Source of the DNA: Paraspadella gotoi
Lineage: Eukaryota; Animalia; Chaetognatha
DNA: 33,767 nucleotides
Direction of reading: 5' to 3'
NCBI GenBank assembly: GCA_051294375.1
Contig: CM119267.1
Coordinates: forward strand, 4,398,258-4,432,024
Part shown: positions 11,371-24,077 of the stretch, in pieces
Layout: each line of letters opens with the position of its first letter
Position numbering within the stretch: the first letter of the stretch is position 1
Made by a program: the position numbers and the translations under genes
The notes under the pieces: generated by a model
Seen by the model: only the letters and a program-made list of their open reading frames with translations
Told to the model about the DNA's origin: nothing
Database searches by the model: none

Positions 11371-13143
11371 GACGGATTCCGATTAGTCGCGATATCTCGG
11401 CGGAAGAAATGTCAATTTCGATTGGAAATGATGAGCGGAGGAGGGAGGAGGGAAGAGGGTGAGGAAAGGGTGAGTTCGGGAGACGGTGAGGGTGAAAGGA
11501 GACTGGGCTGAGAAGAAGTCGTCAAAAACTGGAGGAGAAAAGGAAAAGGAGAAGAGGAAAGAAAAAAGGAGGAAGCTGAATGATAAAAAGGAAAAGGAGG
11601 AAAAAAGAAAAGAGAAAAAAAGTTATCCGGTAATTTTTTTTTTTAATTTGGAAACAAAAAAAANNNNNNNNNNNNNNNNNNNNNNNNNNNNNNNNNNNNN
11701 NNNNNNNNNNNNNNNNNNNNNNNNNNNNNNNNNNNNNNNNNNNNNNNNNNNNNNNNNNNNNNNNNNNNNNNNNNNNNNNNNNNNNNNNNNNNNNNNNNNN
11801 NNNNNNNNNNNNNNNNNNNNNNNNNNNNNNNNNNNNNNNNNNNNNNNNNNNNNNNACGACGATGACGACGATGACGACGATAACGACGACGGCCGACGAA
11901 CCCAAAAAATAAAATAATAACAACAACAACAACAACAAAAATGATGAAAAAACCCCTTTAATTAGCTTTTGAACGATATCGTCTAAAGTTGTCTAATTAG
12001 TCCCCCTTTTGACTGAAGCCAACTTTTGAAATTGATTATTAATTACTCGAATTTAACGAAGGCAGCTTTCTCTCTCTCTCTCTCTCTCTCNNNNNNNNNN
12101 NNNNNNNNNNNNNNNNNNNNNNNNNNNNNNNNNNNNNNNNNNNNNNNNNNNNNNNNNNNNNNNNNNNNNNNNNNNNNNNNNNNNNNNNNNNNNNNNNNNN
12201 NNNNNNNNNNNNNNNNNNNNNNNNNNNNNNNNNNNNNNNNNNNNNNNTTTACCTTTTATATACTTTGGAAATAATAAAGGAGCTGGATTAATTATGCAAG
12301 GAGGCAAAGAATTTTTTTTTGCCAGTTGGCAATTGAATTTTCGATGAAATATTTTTTTCAAGAAACCCGTACGTTTTAAAATTATGAGCTTAAAACGAAA
12401 TGAGAGAAAGAATAGAAGTAGAGAGAGAGATTGGGAGTGGGAAAGAGACTGAAATATAGATAAGATCGAGAGAGAAAGAGAGGAAAAAGTGAATGAGAGA
12501 GAGAAAGAGATAATGCAAAAACAAAAAGACTTGATGAAAAAACTGCCAAAAGTCAGCATTTGACAAAAAACAAAGGAAACAAAACACAAAAGAAGAATAA
12601 GAAAATGAATTCCCTTCTCTTCTGGGCGAAGTTACTTTTCCTTTTAACTTTTCCTTTTTTTTTTCNNNNNNNNNNNNNNNNNNNNNNNNNNNNNNNNNNN
12701 NNNNNNNNNNNNNNNNNNNNNNNNNNNNNNNNNNNNNNNNNNNNNNNNNNNNNNNNNNNNNNNNNNNNNNNNNNNNNNNNNNNNNNNNNNNNNNNNNNNN
12801 NNNNNNNNNNNNNNNNNNNNNNNNNNNNNNNNNNNNNNNNNNNNNNNNNAGAGAGAGGGGAGAACTTCAAAGAAGACGTAAAAGAGGAAGAAATTGTCAA
12901 AAAAAACCTTTGACACTGAAAAGTAAAAAAAAGAAAAAAAACTGACAGAAAAAAAAGAAGAAAAACTGGGAGTTAAAAAAAAAAAAAGGGAGAAAAAAAA
13001 ATTTGGCAAAGATTTTTTCTCTCGGTTTGTGATCCCCAAAGATTTAGAAAAAGGACCACAACTTGGCCAAAGTCATCAGTAAAACTTTTTCCTTATGTCT
13101 GTCTGGCACTCTGTCTCTCTCTCTCTCTCTCTCTCAAAGAGAG

Positions 13144-13184
<41 letters not shown>

Positions 13185-14184
13185 CTCTTCTCTCTCCTCA
13201 TGCTCTCANNNNNNNNNNNNNNNNNNNNNNNNNNNNNNNNNNNNNNNNNNNNNNNNNNNNNNNNNNNNTCTCTCTCTCTGCTCTGTCGCGGGTCCCCTTC
13301 CGACCGCACATATGTTGAGCCGTCAAAATGCAAACTAACCTCAGAGTTCAAGACGTCAAGTTGCCTCTATCTCTTTTTCTCATTCTCAGCTTCAAATTGA
13401 TGCACCGTGGGACAACCCTCCCCGACTCCTGCTCCCCTCCTCTTCCTCCGCTCCCCCTTTTGCTCCTCCACCCCCTCCCTCGCCCATCTTCCTCCTTCCC
13501 CCCCCTCTCCCGATTCATGGTCGGGGATTCGGGGAATTGGAAATTTTGGGAGGAGGAGGAGGAAGAGGAGGAGGAGGAAGAGAAGGAGGAGGAGGAATGG
13601 CGTTTGTATTGAAGGAAGAGAAAAAGAGTAAAAGAAAAGGAAAGAATGAAAAATGGAGGAACGAAGGAGAGAGAAGATAATAAAGGAAAGGAGAAAGGAG
13701 GTAACAAAGGTAAAAAAAGGAAAGGAAGCTGGGAGAAAGAAAAAGAAGATGATATTAATTGGAGAAAAAAAGAGAAAATTTGACAAAAAAGTAATGGGAG
13801 ATAAAAGAAAAGAAAATAGAAGAGAAAGGAAGGAAGGGAGGAAGGAAGGAAGGAAGAAATAAGAAAGGAAGGAAGGAAGGAAGAAAAAAGAAAAAGAGGA
13901 AAAAAGAAGAAAAAAAAAGCGAAACGAAATATATAAGGTTAAAAATAAGACTAAAAAAGGAGTAAGGGAGACTCGAGGAGAAAAAGAAAAGACACATGTA
14001 AATGGGAGGAAGTAAACAAGAAACTCGAGTCACGTGACGATTGCGTTTCACTTATTCTTGTTTTGGGGATAAAGTTTGGAACGCAATGGAATTTTTCCTA
14101 CCATAGAACAAAGACTTGCTATTAGTCGGTTAGTCCGTTTCGACACAATATTTGTTACGATATTAAGAGAGGGAAGAAAAGAAA

Positions 14185-14340
14185 AGGAAATGGAGGAAGA
14201 GAAAAGAAAGTAAAGAAAAGGGAATAAAGAGAGAAAAGGAAAGAGAGGAAAGGAAATGGAGGAAAGAAAAGGATATAAAGGGAGGAAAGGAAAGAGAGGA
14301 AAGAAAATGGAGGAAAGGAAGGATAATAAGGGAGGAAAGG
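14185..14340 (+). repeat. purine-rich minisatellite, ~51-bp unit, ~2.5-3 copies
   Basis: Recurring 'aaggaaagagaggaaagRaaatggaggaaag..aaggata'; appears as a 17-residue periodicity in the 14048-14527 ORF. Confidence 0.7.
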
Positions 14341-14550
14341 AGAGGGTTGGAGAGAGCAAGAAAATGAAGAATGGAAAGGAACCCGGTTGAGATTGGAATT
14401 CCGGGTGAGAGGGTGAGTATGAGTAAAAGGAAAAGGAGCGAAGGATAAGAGGGGTAGATGGGGAGGGGGGGGGAAAAGGTTCGGCGTTTTTCTTTGACGA
14501 AGAATAAAAAAAAAAATCTAAATTCATCGACTCTTCTCTTCTTCTTTGTG

Positions 14551-14580
14551 ATCACGTGATCTGCCGCGGCGTCACGTGAT
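14551..14580. promoter_or_regulatory. paired TCACGTGA E-boxes forming an imperfect 30-bp palindrome
   Basis: ATCACGTGAT-CT-GCCGCGGC-GTCACGTGAT. TCACGTGA is the established USF/MITF/TFE (bHLH-ZIP) consensus; function here is inferred only. Confidence 0.4.
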
Positions 14581-14708
14581 CCACCCTCGTCTTCGTTTCT
14601 TTTCATTCGATTCCCATTTTCAATTTGAATTTGTGATCAACTTCTTCTTCTTTTTTTTTTCATATTCGAATGAATTGAGAGAAAAAAAAAGTTTCTTGCC
14701 TTGGGAGA

Positions 14709-14752
<44 letters not shown>

Positions 14753-14869
14753 AAAATCGTCGGGCGATGATCTTGAATGAGAAGCCATACGCTCTCGACT
14801 TAGAATTTCATACAATAAAATATTTATTGTTTCTCTCTTTTTTCAAAAAAAGAAGATGAATATGTAATG

Positions 14870-14904
<35 letters not shown>

Positions 14905-14967
14905 AAGAGAGTCGCGAGAATTTGAATTGGCGTCCGACCTCTGCTTGCTTGCTTGTTTTTTTGCTAT

Positions 14968-15003
<36 letters not shown>

Positions 15004-15075
15004 TTTTTCTCTCTTTTCCTCTCTATATTTCTTTCTTTCTTTCTTTTTTTCTTTCTTTCTTTTCCTCTCTATATT

Positions 15076-15134
<59 letters not shown>

Positions 15135-15753
15135 CTCTTTCTTTCTTTCTTCTCTCCATTCTTTCTCACATCACCATTTCTCCCATTGTCAAAAAATATC
15201 TTCTGCTGTCTTTCCAAGTGGAACCTTATTGCTCCCCAAATGTATGTCAAACTCATTTTTTTTTCTTCACCCAAAAAAAAAAGGAAAAAAAAAATTCCTT
15301 CAACTATTTTCCGACTCCAAGAAAAAAAAAGTCCATAAAGAATTCAACTTTGAGTCTAAGAAGTCATAAAATCCATTCTAAACCTAAATTGACAAAACTC
15401 AATCCTTAGTACTTATCTTAGCCCCGAGAATTCCCCCTGCTTCGTGGCTCGTTTCATGAAATTGGTACAAACAATTTAAAATAATCCATTCATTTAATAA
15501 ATAAGCATTCTTGCCCCTGACTTTGGACAGGCTTTGGTGGTTTAAGGCCTCCATCACTCTTACAAGATAATGACAAAGCAGGTCCCTGCAAGCTTTCAAT
15601 CAAGACTCACTCACAGTCTCGTTAATACACTCCCAGAGTCCCTGGCTTACCTATCAATGATATGGTATAATGTTTCAAAATATATTTCAATTGTTTTGAA
15701 ATTGGTACAACCAATATAATTATGTTATTCTTTAATTTAAACATTCTTTTTGG

Positions 15754-15789
<36 letters not shown>

Positions 15790-16330
15790 TNNNNNNNNNN
15801 NNNNNNNNNNNNNNNNNNNNNNNNNNNNNNNNNNNNNNNNNNNNNNNNNNNNNNNNNNNNNNNNNNNNNNNNNNNNNNNNNNNNNNNNNNNNNNNNNNNN
15901 NNNNNNNNNNNNNNNNNNNNNNNNNNNNNNNNNNNNNNNNNNNNNNNNNNNNNNNNNNNNNNNNNNNNNNNNNNNNNNNNNNNNNNNNNNNNNNNNNNNN
16001 NNNNNNNNNNNNNNNNNNNNNNNNNNNNNNNNNNNNNNNNNNNNNNNNNNNNNNNNNNNNNNNNNNNNNNNNNNNNNGTTAGTAGTATTCATTTTTTTTC
16101 AGTTGTTTCTTGGCTCCTGTTTGAGAGTTTTATTATTATTGGTGCTATTATTCTTGTCTCACTATTTTTTTTCCAGGCGAAACTCATACAGACACTGTGA
16201 TCACGAGTCGTTTCTTAACCCGATTCTGAGTCCTAACCCTTTACTCACCAAAACTAAAGCCGTTGGTTCTAAATTAGTTATATGTAGTTTGGTATGTGTT
16301 GACTCGTTTATTATACATAAATTTGTGTGG

Positions 16331-17020
16331 TGAAGGATGAAGAGGAGAAGGAGACGAGAGAGAAATGCAAGATTGGAAAAAAAAAGTTTTAGGAATTATG
16401 GAGGGGTGGGGCGACGCATGCTCGCTGGGAGAGGAAAAGAGAATGGGGCCTCGTGACCCAACAAATTAATGTTAAAAAAAGAAAAATCACGGCTTTGAAA
16501 ACAAAAACGCAAGGCCATCGGGAATAAGAAAAGCGAACGGCGTGGAACAGACCGACGACACCACAACACACGACGACTAGGGAAATCAAACAATATAATC
16601 CGGTTGTTCCCCAGATTTCACGAAAAAAAACTTAAACCCAGAAGCAAAATTATCATGTGTCGTCCCAAAAAAAAAATATCATAGCAATTTTTTTTTGTGT
16701 GTTGAAATTTATTTTGGCAAGAAGATTAAGAAATTATTTCATCGAGAAAAAAAGAAGAAAAAATCATCATTTTTTCGTTTGGAACACAGATGCCGTCGAA
16801 AAGAGCGATGACGACGACGACGATGACGGAACGACGATCGACGACGACGACGATGCGAGCGTGGGCGACCGATACAGAGTTTGACTGACATGAATATATC
16901 ATGTGAATACTTCAAAGGACACCTAGAAAAATCTATTGTCTAAAAACCAAATGTAGAAGGAATGATCATTGACTCCACTAAATAAACACAATAAAATCCG
17001 GTGAACAAAACAATCACGCA

Positions 17021-17054
<34 letters not shown>

Positions 17055-17690
17055 ACGACGAGCGACGACACGACGCGACGCGATGATAGCTCTGGCAAAC
17101 AGAGAAAGCGACGAAAGACGAAAGACGCAACGAAAGATTTCAAAACTGCCAGGAATAATGGGCTGAAACGCGGCGGGGGAAAAATTCGAATTTGAAAAAT
17201 TGTTCAAAGTATTAGCGGCAAGAGGAAAAAAAAAAGCAGGTCTTTTCACTGCGGAGGCGATTGCAGCGGCCGCGCGGCGGCGCAGTCCGGCATGGCGGGA
17301 CGGATCCGATTGAGTCGCGATATCTCGGGAAGAAATGTCAATTCATGGAAATTGATAGCGAAGGGGGAAGGAAGGTGGTAGGTTTTCGGGTGAGCGGTGA
17401 GGGTGGTTGAAAGAGACTGGGTCTGAGGAGAGAGAATCGTCAAAAACTGGAGGAGAGAAAAAGGAAAATGGAGAAGGGAAGAAAAAAAAGGTCAGGAAGT
17501 GAATAAAAGAAAGGAGGAAAAAAAAGGAAGGGAAAAACGAGAAAAAGTTATTCCGGTAATTTTTTTTTAATTTGGAAACAAAAAAAAATGTTCAGTTTTT
17601 AGAATCAAAGATAAAGGAAACTATCTCTCGCTGCTCGCTTCTCTCTTCTCTCTCTCTCTTCTCTTCGTCTCTCTTTCCTCTCTCTCTCTC

Positions 17691-17754
<64 letters not shown>

Positions 17755-18985
17755 TATCGGCAAAACTAAATTAAAAATAGCATAAGGAGGTCTGTCAGTA
17801 TTTCCCACCTACCGCCGTATCTGCGACGACGATGACGACGATGACCATAACAGACGAGCGCCGACGAACCCAAAAAATAAAATAATAACAACAACAACAA
17901 CAACAAAAATGATGAAAAACCCCTTAATTAGCTTCTTGAACGATATCGTCTAAAGTGTCTAATTAGATTCCCTTTTGACTGAAGCCAACTTTTTGGAATT
18001 GATATTAATTATCGAAGTTAACGAAGGCAGCTTTCTCTCTCTCGTCTCTCTCTCTCTCTCTCTCTCTCCTCTCTCGCCTCTCTCTCTCCTCTCTCGTCTC
18101 TCTCCTTTCTCTGTAGTCTGTTTTTACCCTTTTTATTACTTTGGGAAATAATAAAGGAGCGGAATTAATTATGCAAGGAACAAGGCAAGAATTTTTTTTT
18201 GCCAGTTGCAAGTTGAATTTTCGATGAAATATTTTTTTTCAAGAAACCCTACGTTTTTAAAATTATGAGCTTAAACCGAAATGAGAGAAAGAATGTAGGA
18301 AGTAGAGAGAAGATTGAGTTGGGAAAGAAGTGGAAGAACTGAAATTTTATTTTAAATAAAGATCGAGGGGAACGATGAGAAAAAAGAGTGGAGGAGAGGA
18401 GGGAAAAAGGATTAATGCAAAAAAAAAAAACAAAAAGACTTGATTGAAAAAAACTGCCAAAAGTCGGAGTCATTTAACAAAAAAACCAAAGAGAAACAAA
18501 ACACAAAAAGAAGAAAGAATAGGAATGAGATTCCCTTCTCTTCTGGTGCGAATTTACTTTTCCTTTTTAATTTTCCTTTTTTTTTTCTTTTCTTTTTTTT
18601 TTTTGAATATGGATTCGGCGTTTTTTCGGTTTTTCTCTAAAATCAAGAGAGAACGGGAAAAGAGGAGAGGGGGAGGGAGAAGGAGGAGGAGGAAAGAGAG
18701 AGGGAGAACTGTCAAAGAGACGGTTGAAAAAGGAAGAGAATTTGTTCAACTGTGTCAAAAAAACCTTTGACACTGAAAAGTTAAAAAAGAAAAAAAACTG
18801 ACAGAAAAAAAGAAGGAAAACTGGGAGTTAAAAAAAAAAAAAAGAAAAAGGAGAAAAAAAAAAATTTGGCAAAGTTTTTTCTCTCGGTTTTGTGATCCCA
18901 AAGATTAGAAAAAGGACCACAACTTGGCCAAAGTCATCAGTAAAAACCTTTTCCTTATGTCTGTCTGCACTCTGTCTGCTTCTCT

Positions 18986-19043
<58 letters not shown>

Positions 19044-20770
19044 TTCTGTCGCGGTCCCTTCCGACCGCACATTATGTTGAAGCCGTCAAACTGCAAACTA
19101 ACCTCAGAGTTCAAGACGTCAAGTTCCTCTATCTCGTTTCTCATTCTCAGCTTCAAATTGATGCACCTGGGACAAACCCACCCGGCTCGTCTCCCTCCTC
19201 CTCTTCCTCCGCTCCCCCTTTTGCTCCTCCACGCCTCCCTCGCCCATCTTCCTCCTTCCCCCCTCTCCCGATTCATGGTCGGGGATCGGGGATTTGAAAT
19301 TTTGGGAGGAGGATTGAGGTAAGAGGAGAGGAGTGAAAGAAGGAGGAGGAGGATGGCGTTTAGTATTGATAGGAAGAGAAAAAAAAGATAAAAAAAAAGG
19401 AAAGAATGAAATGGAGGAACGAAGGAGAAGAAGATAAAAAGGAAAGGAGAAAGGAGTAACAAAGTAAAAAAAGGGAAAGAAGCGGGGAGAAAAAAAAATA
19501 AGAGTATATTAATTGGAGGAAAAAAGAGAATGATTGACCAAAAAAGTAATGGGAGATAAAAGAAAAGATAATAGAAGAGAAAGAAGGAAGGAGGGAGGAA
19601 GGAAGTAAAAGAAATAAGAAAGGAGGAAGGAAAAAGGAAAAAGAGGAAAAAAGAAGAAAAAAAAGAAGTGCGAACGAATATATTAGTTAAAATAAACTAA
19701 AAAGGGTAAGGGAGACTCGAGGAGAGAAAAGAGAAAGGACACATGTAAATGGGAGGAAGTAAACAAGAAACTTCGAGGTCAGTTGACGATGGCTCCTCGT
19801 TTACTTATTCTTGTTTTTGGGAATAAAGTTGGACGCAATGGAATTTTTCCGTACCAGTAGAACCAAAGGACTTCATTAGTCGTTTAGTCGTTTCGAGCAC
19901 AATATTTGTTCGAAATATAAGAGAGGAGAAAGAAAAGGAAATGAGGAAGAGAAAAAGAGTAAAAGAAAAAGGGTAATAAAGAGAAAAGAGGAAGAGAGGA
20001 AAGGAAATGGAGGAAAGAAAAAGGATATAAAAGGGAGACAGAAAAAGAGAGGAAAGAAATGAGGAAATAAAAGGATATAAGGGAGAAAGGAGGGGTGGGC
20101 GAGAGCAGAAATGGAGAATCGGAAAGGATCCCGTAGTTGAGATGAATTCGCGGTGAGAGGTGGTATGAGTAAAGGAAAGGAGCGAAGGATAGGAAAGGAG
20201 GGGGGGGGAAGGTTCGCGTTTTTCTTTGACGAGATAAAAAAAATCTAAATTCATCGACTCTTCTTCTTCTTTGTTCGATTTGTTTCCCCCACCTGATCTT
20301 GCCCCCCCGGCGGCGTCACTATCCACCCTCGTTTCGTTTCTATTTCATTCGCATTCCATTCAATTGAATTTGTGACAACTTTCTTTCTGCTTGTCTTTTT
20401 TTCATATGGAATGAATTGAGAGAAAAAAAGTTTTTTGCCTTCCAGTGGATTGAGAAGTGAAGAGAGAGAGAGAAGAGAGAGGATAGAAGAGAGAGAGAGA
20501 GAGAGAGAGGAGAGGAAGGAGAGAAGGAGAAGAGTAATAAAATCGCTCGGGCGATGATCTTGAATTGAAAGCCATACGCTTCGACTTAGAATTTCATACA
20601 ATAAAATTTTTTTATTGTTTCGCTCTTTTTCAAAATACAAAGACTGAATATGTAAATGATGTTTGTTTGTTGTTGATGTTGTTGTTGTTCTTGTGTTTTT
20701 GCTGTTGTAAGAGACGTCGCGGAGAATTTGAATTGGCGTCGACCTCTCTTGCTTGCTTTTTTTTTGCTAT

Positions 20771-20802
<32 letters not shown>

Positions 20803-21799
20803 TTCTTTTTTTCTCTCTTTTCCTTCGTATATTTCTTTCTTTCTCTTTCTGTTTTTCGTTCTTTTCCTTCTCTATATTTCTTTCTTCTCTTGTCTTTCTT
20901 TTTCTTTTCTTTCCTTTCTTTCGTTTCTTTTCTTTCTTCTTTCTGCTCTTCTTCTTTCTTCTCTCCATTCTTCTTACATCACCATATTCTCCGATTTCAA
21001 AAATCTTCTGCTGTCTTTCAAGTGAACCTTATTCCCCAAATGGTATTCAAATCATTTTATTTTTCTTCACCAAAAAAAAAGGAGAAAAAAATTCCTTCAA
21101 CTATTTTCCGGACTCCAAGAAAAAAAAAAGTGCCATAAAGAATTCAACTTGAGTCTAAGAAGTCATAAAATCCATTCTAAACCATAAATTGACAAAACTC
21201 AATCCTTAAGTACTTATCTTACCCCGAGAATTCCCCCTGCTCGTGGCTCTTTCTGAAATTGGTACAAACAATTTTAAATAATCCATTCATTTAATAAGAT
21301 AAGCATTCCTTGCCCCCTGACTGTGTGGACAGGCATGTTGGTGGTTTAAGGCCTCCATCACTCTTACAAGATAATGACAAAAGGCAGGTCCCTGCAAGCT
21401 TGTCAATCAATACTCACTTCACAGTCTCGTTAATACACGTCCCAGAGTCCTGGCTTACCGTATCAATGATATTGTCATAATGTTTCAAAATATATTTTCA
21501 ATTGTTTTGAAATTGGTACAACAAATATAGATGTATGTTATTCTTTTAATTTAAAGACATTCTTTTTGGTCTTTCTTTCTTTCTTTCTTTTGTCTTTCTT
21601 TCTTTCTTTCTTTCTTCTTCTTTCTTTCTTTCTTTCTTTCTCTCTCTCTCTCTCTTCTGTTCCAACTTGGTTCACCTCGCTCCCTTCTCTGTTCCTCGTT
21701 ATGCTCTTGACCCTTTGCCCTTTTCTACGACTCTCTGTCATTCTCTCTCTCTCTTCTCTCTCTCTCTCTCTCTCCTCTCTCTTCTCTCTCTCTCTCTCC

Positions 21800-21830
<31 letters not shown>

Positions 21831-22114
21831 TTCTCTACCGCGTGTCTTCTCGTCAAACAGTTAGTAGAATTCTTTTTTTTGCAGTAGTTTTCTTGGCTCT
21901 GTTTTAGAGTTTTATTTATTATTAGGTTGCTATATTCTGACTCACTATTTTTTTTTTCCACGAAAACATCATACAGACAGCTGTGATCACGAGATCTTTC
22001 TAACCATCGACAGTTCCGTAACCCTTTACTCAGCCAAAACTAAAGCGTTGGTTACTAATTAGTTTATGGAGTTTGGAGTATGTGTTGACTCGCTTTATTA
22101 TAAGATAAATTTGT
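16331..22114 (+). repeat. Copy B of ~5.8-kb direct duplication (gap-free, indel-rich)
   Basis: Colinear with copy A throughout. Differences are mostly 1-3 bp indels, microsatellites are degraded, and B has sequence wherever A has Ns. Confidence 0.95.
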
Positions 22115-22174
22115 AGATTTTCCTTTCGAAATTTAATGGTGTTGGTTTTTGATTTGACAAGCTAATTTTTTTCC

Positions 22175-22231
22175 TCCTCTCTCTCTCTCTCTCTCTCTCT
22201 GCCTCCTCTCTCTCTCTCTCTCTCTCTCTCT

Positions 22232-22273
<42 letters not shown>

Positions 22274-22369
22274 ATAGTCCCGTTCCGCCTCAATAACAAA
22301 AGCGCGAAACCCCTTAAAAGTCATGAAATTCTGAAGCTCCATTCTCTCTTCTCTTCTCTCTCTCTCTCT

Positions 22370-22402
<33 letters not shown>
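22175..22402. repeat. two interrupted (CT)n tracts (~22175-22271 and ~22343-22402)
   Basis: Read directly. Confidence 0.85.
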
Positions 22403-22405
<3 letters not shown>

Positions 22406-24077
22406 CTTCCCCTTCCTCACCGCTGCCTTCGCCAAAAAAAAAGAAGAAGAAAAAAAAACCTCAGGCTTCCAAAAAGATTTCTTGCATTAATTACACACTT
22501 GTTAGGAAATTGTGATCGCCGACTTTTATCAATACTCTTTTGTCATCTCTCTTTTGTTTGCCTGCATCAGAAAAAAATAATAGGGAGGAGGGGATTTATT
22601 TCCTTAGTTTTTTTTCCTCCCTTTTTTTCTCTTCCTCCTTTCGTTTCTCTCGTGGATCTTCAATTTGAGGGGATAAAAAAAAAAAGAGAAGAAAAAAAAA
22701 GATTTTAACGGTTTTATTTTCGATTGAGAAAAGGAGGCCAGCTTCTTTTTTCCTCTTTTCTTTTTTCTTTATAACTTTTTTTTGTCTTTCTGGGAGTTTC
22801 CTCTCAATTTTTTTTCCTTTTCTCTTTCTCTCTTTACCTTTTTTCCTTTTTCTTCTCTTTTCCTAATTTTGAACTTCGTCAGATTAAAATCTTTGTTTTT
22901 TATAAATTCTCAACTGTCGTTTCTCCAATTCCTCGTTTCTTTCAATCTTTAATCACCAAAGCCACGTGAGCACCGAGCACGCGCTTGCCAAATTCTTCTT
23001 TCTTTTCCCTTTTTTTCCTCCCTTTTTTTCTCGACTTATTTCCATTTCCTCTCTTCCTTCCTCTTTCTTTTTTTTTCCTTCCCTTCCCTTCCTCCCGGCG
23101 CTCTCTTGTTCTCTCTCTCCTTTCCTCCCTCCCATCTCTGTCCTCTGTTCTCCTTTCCTCCCCTTCCTCCCTTCTGCTTTCCTCTTTCTCCGTTTCTCCC
23201 CCCTCTCTTTCCTCTTTGCTCCTTTCCTGCCTCCCTCCTCTCTTTCCTCTCTCTACCTTCCTCCCTCTCTTTTCTTTTATTGAATTTTGAGTTGATTTGT
23301 CGGACGAGAAGGACGTGGAAGCATGTTTCGTATTGTTTCTGTCGCGAATTAATTTTGACGCTTGCGACTTTCGTTTATTTTTCCCCTCCTTTACTTTTAA
23401 CGAAAAGAGAGCGAGAGAGGAGAGAGAGAGCTAGAGAAGAGAGAGAGGCCGGAAGAGAGAGAAGAGAGAGAGAGAGACATAACATATCTAGAGTTTTAAT
23501 TTATCAATTCGAGTGCCAATTTNNNNNNNNNNNNNNNNNNNNNNNNNTAAGAATTTGGAATTCTAGTAGCTTTTCTTGACAAGCAAACGGGGGAACACTA
23601 AAGCGTAGTAAAAATTCTAAATTTAACTTTGATTAAAATTCTAAAAGTGAGGCATGAACAACAATTTACGCAGTAGGATATATTTATACCTAGTACTCAC
23701 CCCATAAATGATGAAAATTAAAAATGATATTTTGTAAGATTTTTTTACAGATTTGGAGCCGTTATGAAAAGTTGATATAAAGAAATATTACTCTTTTTTA
23801 AAAATTCTTTCATTAAGTTGGTAAAAAAAAAAACACACACTATAAAACACTATTTTACCATTCAAGTGAAGTATTTTCAAAACCTGTCCCTCCTTAGTCC
23901 AACAGTAAAACGTGATAACTAAGATTCACATAGTGTAACAAAAAAATAAAAGACAATCACGACAACTTTGCTAATCTAAAAGAATTAAATCTTAAATCAA
24001 ATGACCATCTTAAATTAAAATCCCAAAATAACTTGTACCGACTCCCTCGAAGACGTAGCGAAGCGAAATACTACATT

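Larger units (their letters stand above)
10541..16326 (+). repeat. Copy A of ~5.8-kb direct duplication (clean, five internal N gaps)
   Basis: Colinear with 16468-22114 from 'aaagaaaaatcacggctttgaaa' to 'ataaatttgt'. Contains (GAC)n 10875-10923 and 11092-11160, (GGC)n 11330-11369, (AAC)n 11918-11937, (GAG)n 13549-13597, (GA)n 14711-14747, (TTG)n 14871-14903 and (CTTT)n 14967-15150. Confidence 0.95.
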
